A DNA stretch of 64,000 bases from Diplonema japonicum (lineage: Eukaryota; Protista; Euglenozoa: Diplonemea). The notes below the pieces were generated by a model, which saw nothing but the letters and a program-made list of their open reading frames with translations, did not search any database and had not been told where the DNA came from. This document shows positions 60,158 to 64,000 of the stretch, piece after piece. Location of the stretch: contig OZ025752.1 in the NCBI GenBank assembly GCA_964019335.1, positions 124,001-188,000 on the forward strand, read 5' to 3'. The stretch's first letter is position 1; each line of letters opens with the position of its first letter. A program made the position numbers and the translations under genes.

Positions 60158-60959
60158 AAGGTTTATAATTAAAAACTCATGACCCATCGACCAAGTGATA
60201 ACAATACAAAAAAAGAACCTTTTCCTCATACCAGAATCAAAAGGGCACTAGGTCTTGAAGTCGTGTTGCATTTTAACATGAGCCAAAATCTGAAGCCAAA
60301 GACTTTCTGAACAATTGCTTGGTCGCGCTGAAGGTGGGGAGGCAGACAGGGTAAACTGGCATTCTACATGAGAGGCCCCAGACTCGCATGGGGGGTGTCG
60401 TGCACACGTTCGATGAGATGGTGCGAAAGACAGTGTCGAGGGTGTGCGGCATGCAGTTCAAGAGCGGGTCGAAAGAATGGAAAAAGCTTTGGCAAAAGCT
60501 TAGGGTGAACACCTGCACGCGGCCAACACGGCATCGAAGAGCAAGGGGCTGGTGTGTGGGGGAGCTGGCTTGAGTAGAACGAAGTTGATGTCGGAGTCGA
60601 TGCATTATCGAGGGGCATGGACAGTGCTATGATGAAGAAGACGGGGCTGTTCCCGAAATAGTCCCAACACCTGCGATGTGTTCTTCCCAGGTGGCCCTGC
60701 TGGCCCTGGACGCTGTTATCGTTCACCCGAGGAACGTGTCCTGTGTCAACCTGGTAGTGAAAACAGCAGGATATTCGGGTCTGAAGGCGGAGCAGTAACC
60801 GTCAGAAGTTTTAAACGCAGCTCAAGACGTAACGGGCTACGCGGCCGAAGGCCGCGGAACGGTCGCGGGAACCGGGGAACGGAAATTTCAACATGCCAAA
60901 TCGTTCCAAGATTTTCTTTTTTTAAGCCCATATTTTCATTAGGTTACTCTTGCGGACGC

Positions 60960-61620
60960 AACCAAGATGATAGCAGAAAAGAATGAGAAAAGGATACATG
61001 TCTGGAGACGCCCCGTGCTGTGGAGCAAGTACACGGTGCCTGAAATAAGATGGTTCCGTAAGCACTTGAAGATGAACTTCATAGGAGCACAGATTGTGCC
61101 GGAAGAAATCAAGTGGCTTACGAAATTAGAATGGAATAAGCAGGGGTCGGTAACTAAACTAGAGCTAGTGATAGACTTCGATCTGACGAGTGGGGTGTAC
61201 GTTTTAGGCAAACATGACGACATCACCAAGAGGGCCAACCGATTGGCAAAAATAATTGAAAAGCTGATGGGCGCAGCCGAGGCTTCATGCCCAGGGAAAT
61301 AACAGAATCCGTGGCATTACGATCGATAGGTGCACCCAAGCGACTGAAGGGGTACACCAGAAGGCCGAAATTCGCATCCAGCAGAACGTGCGAAATTCTG
61401 GAAAGACAATGTGCAGTACTGACTGCACAGAGAAAAGAGTGGTCCGACCCCTTCGTGCCTGACTACAAGGCACACCTAGCGCGGTTAAGAAGTTGCTCGT
61501 ACGCCAGGCGGTTTATGAAGCAAACCAAAGTCATTCTTCATTGGGGAAATTTTCCTAAGGGGAAATTCAACATGCCAAAACCTGTCAAAAGATTCCTCAA
61601 GTCCGTTTTTTTTTCCTAAG
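60960..61620 (+). mobile_element. Second degenerate retroelement-like C-terminal fragment
   Basis: WLTKLEW..VTKLELVIDFDLTSG and, after a frameshift, ALRSIGAPKRLKGYTRRPKFA are homologous to ORF 39697-40212. It lies in a gene-free, homopolymer-poor degenerate block (~58700-61680). Confidence 0.5.
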
Positions 61621-61725
61621 GAGATTTTTTACACACGGTGTTGACTCTTGGCTGGTCTTTGTAAAAGCAGCCTTTGATTGTATAGTACCAAACGGTTAAC
61701 AATCTGATTTTTTTTTTTTTTTTTT

Positions 61726-61797
61726 GACACCGGTAGTTTTTGAGAGGATAGAGTCCCCTTTACTTTTAGCCTATTTGGGCGATTTCATTCTCTTGAG
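61726..61797 (+). repeat. Spacer repeat flanking DUF4116 genes
   Basis: gacaccggtagttt..tttagcctatttgggcgat(t/g)cattctcttga recurs at 63840-63909, with a partial copy at ~1429-1469. Confidence 0.85.
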
Positions 61798-61901
61798 ACA
61801 CATCTCTTTTTCTCAGTGATTTTTAATGTGACTCTGTTTTTTCTTCGTTCTGCCCCCCCTTTCCCTTTACAACATTTCAGCCACCCCTCATAACAGCAAA
61901 C

Positions 61902-63797
61902 ATGGATGTGTTCGTAAAGGACGCTGCAGGGAAGCGCAAAGAGATGGTGGTGAAGGAGCACAGCACGCTTGCGGAGGTGGTGAAGGAGGCAGAGAGGGTG
62001 CTGGGCTATGAGGTGAAGGGGTGCACGGAGCTGTGGTACGATGGGGCTGTGGTGGCAGAGGGAGGGGACAGCAGCTTCTGCGGGCTGACGGGGATCAGTG
62101 CAGGCGACGAAGTGCAGGCCGTCTACTCCAATGCGAAGATGAAGGAAGAATTCAAGACAGGCAAGGTCCCCTTCGACCACACTTCCCCTGATGTGATGCG
62201 AGGCGATGCTGAGATCGCTCTTCTCGCAGCGCAGAGGAACCCAGGCTTGTTGAGGCACGCCCTCCCCTCCCTTAGGGGGGACAAGGGCTTTATGCTGTCT
62301 GCATGGAAGGCTTTCAGGTATTCCGATATCCTTCGCCATGCCACCCCCGAGCTCCTCGACGACGCTGGCTTTGCGGCCGACGCCATCAAGGCAAAACCAT
62401 TTGACAATCTTCTTAACTTTTCCAGGAGGTTGCAGACCGACCCGAGAGTGTGCCTTCTCCACAAGGCCACGAAACAGCGATTGCTCCCCGACCCTGTCCT
62501 TTCTGACGACACGGAGGTCGCCATGCTTCAGATCAAGATGTGGAGCAGGCCACAAACTAGTTGTAGGAGGGGAACCCCGTCACGGAACCATTCCGGTAAC
62601 CGCAACCACGAGTGCTGTCTGCAGCATGTCTCTGAGCGTCTGCAGGGTGACAAGGAGTTGGTGCTGGCTGCTGTGGAGTATGACGGGATGAGCTTGAAGC
62701 ACGCAGCGGAGCCCTTGAGGAACGACCCTGATGTTGTTCGTGCAGCTTTGCAGCAGAATGGGATGGCCTTGGGTTTTGCATCTGAGAAGGAAGAGGAAGA
62801 GGAAGCCACACAGAGCTACAAGAATATGCGAGTGGTAGCCCTTCGTTCACTGTGCATACGACGCATGGTCACTGTCCCACCAGACACCCTCAAGCCTGGG
62901 CTTGTGAAGCTGCTAGAGCAGTATGACGACAAGAAAAGGGAAGAGAACAAAGCGAAGGCAAAGGGAAAGGAAGAAGAGAAGGCGAAAGCAAAAGAAAAGG
63001 GGGGAGAGAAAGAGAAAGCCGTTGGGGAAAAGAGAGAGCTGGATGGAGACCAACCCCCTGCAAAGAAACCTAAAACAGAAGTGGTGGATGGGTCCTTCAG
63101 AAGCAACCCGGAGTTTGCGATGTTGGCGGTGAAGCAGGACTGGATGGCCGTTTGCCACCTCACAGGTGCGGCGAGGGACAGCAAGGAGGTGGCATTGGAG
63201 GCTGTTAAGGCAGATACAAGTGCTTACGGTTACCTACCAAAGCGACTTCAGGAAGACAAGGAAGTGGCTGTGGCGACAGTGAGTACGAACGGATTGTATG
63301 TGCAGCACCTCCTAAAGAAGCTGAAGAAGGACAAGTGTGTGGTGCTGGCGGCAGTGAAGCAGAACGGGACTGCATTGAAGTGTGTGAAGCAGTACTTCGA
63401 TGACGACAGGGATGTGGCCTTGGTGGCTTGCATCAGCGGCGGGTGGCCTTACCTCTCCGACAGGCTGAAGGGGGACAAGCAGCTCGCGATGAGGGCAGTG
63501 GCGCACAATGGAAAGCTCTTTGAGAAGCTCAGCCCAGAGCTTCGGAGCGATAAGGACGTGGCACTGATCGCTGTGAGGAGGATGGCAATGCTCTCCACGT
63601 CCTGCGGACGCACCGCCTTGAAGATGGTGGGGGAGAACCTGGCACCATTACTGGAATTTGCTTATGCTGCACTGAACATGTGCGGCTGCAGAGGAGCTGA
63701 TGAACTCATGCAAAACGTGTTGCGCAGCACCCTGCCAGAAGGAGAACAAATGCCAACTTCTGATAAATCTGAGTCCAAAGAAGAAGGGGAAGACTGA
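61902..63797 (+). CDS. Ubiquitin-like N-terminal domain + DUF4116 repeat protein
   Basis: Repeats DKELVLAAVEYDGMSLKHAAEPLRNDPDVVRAALQQNGMALGFAS, DKEVAVATVSTNG and LSPELRSDKDVALIAV. The N-terminus MDVFVKDAAGKRKEMVVKEHSTLAEV is Ubl-like. Confidence 0.85.
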   Translation: MDVFVKDAAGKRKEMVVKEHSTLAEVVKEAERVLGYEVKGCTELWYDGAVVAEGGDSSFCGLTGISAGDEVQAVYSNAKMKEEFKTGKVPFDHTSPDVMRGDAEIALLAAQRNPGLLRHALPSLRGDKGFMLSAWKAFRYSDILRHATPELLDDAGFAADAIKAKPFDNLLNFSRRLQTDPRVCLLHKATKQRLLPDPVLSDDTEVAMLQIKMWSRPQTSCRRGTPSRNHSGNRNHECCLQHVSERLQGDKELVLAAVEYDGMSLKHAAEPLRNDPDVVRAALQQNGMALGFASEKEEEEEATQSYKNMRVVALRSLCIRRMVTVPPDTLKPGLVKLLEQYDDKKREENKAKAKGKEEEKAKAKEKGGEKEKAVGEKRELDGDQPPAKKPKTEVVDGSFRSNPEFAMLAVKQDWMAVCHLTGAARDSKEVALEAVKADTSAYGYLPKRLQEDKEVAVATVSTNGLYVQHLLKKLKKDKCVVLAAVKQNGTALKCVKQYFDDDRDVALVACISGGWPYLSDRLKGDKQLAMRAVAHNGKLFEKLSPELRSDKDVALIAVRRMAMLSTSCGRTALKMVGENLAPLLEFAYAALNMCGCRGADELMQNVLRSTLPEGEQMPTSDKSESKEEGED

Positions 63798-64000
63798 ATC
63801 CTGAAAGAATTAAAAAAAAAAAGTATTTTTTTTTTTTTTGACACCGGTAGTTTCTTTTTAGAGAATCGAGCCCTCCCTTTAGCCTATTTGGGCGATTGCA
63901 TTCTCTTGACCTGACAATCCTGTCACTTCTCCCACTCCATTTTTAGATTCTTTTTCCTCAATATATTCTTCTTTATAAAAGCGGCCTTTAATTGTGTAGT

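Noticed and set aside
58700-60950. Short ORFs on both strands in a homopolymer-poor block
   Set aside because: They are fragmentary with no recognisable domain; probably degenerate mobile DNA, but it cannot be classified by eye.

Overview
Eukaryotic protist genomic DNA, most likely a diplonemid or other euglenozoan (inferred from the gene families and from co-orientation). About 21 protein genes all lie on the + strand, separated by spacers dominated by A/T/C/G homopolymers. Recognisable genes are a KIF6-type kinesin-9, a SHIPPO/STPGP-repeat axonemal protein with a 303-bp tandem array, a PDZ-fused SLC12 (KCC-like) cotransporter, an OCA2/P-protein-type permease, a DUF4419 protein, an ICE2/NARG2-like protein, cobalamin-dependent methionine synthase, VPS36, and two DUF4116 paralogs (one a pseudogene). 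I reconstructed 21 GT-AG introns by hand; 20 are 35-81 nt long, and many have poly(A) where a polypyrimidine tract is expected. The top finding is a two-exon gene missed by the ORF track at 37522-37848. It encodes a 92-aa protein with an in-frame TGA in a C-x-x-U position (YCYNU), making it a candidate selenoprotein of Rdx/SelW-like layout, although no canonical SECIS is evident by eye. The window also has remnants of a non-LTR retroelement family, short dispersed repeats and palindromic DNA-element relics. Homopolymer lengths may be affected by sequencing error.
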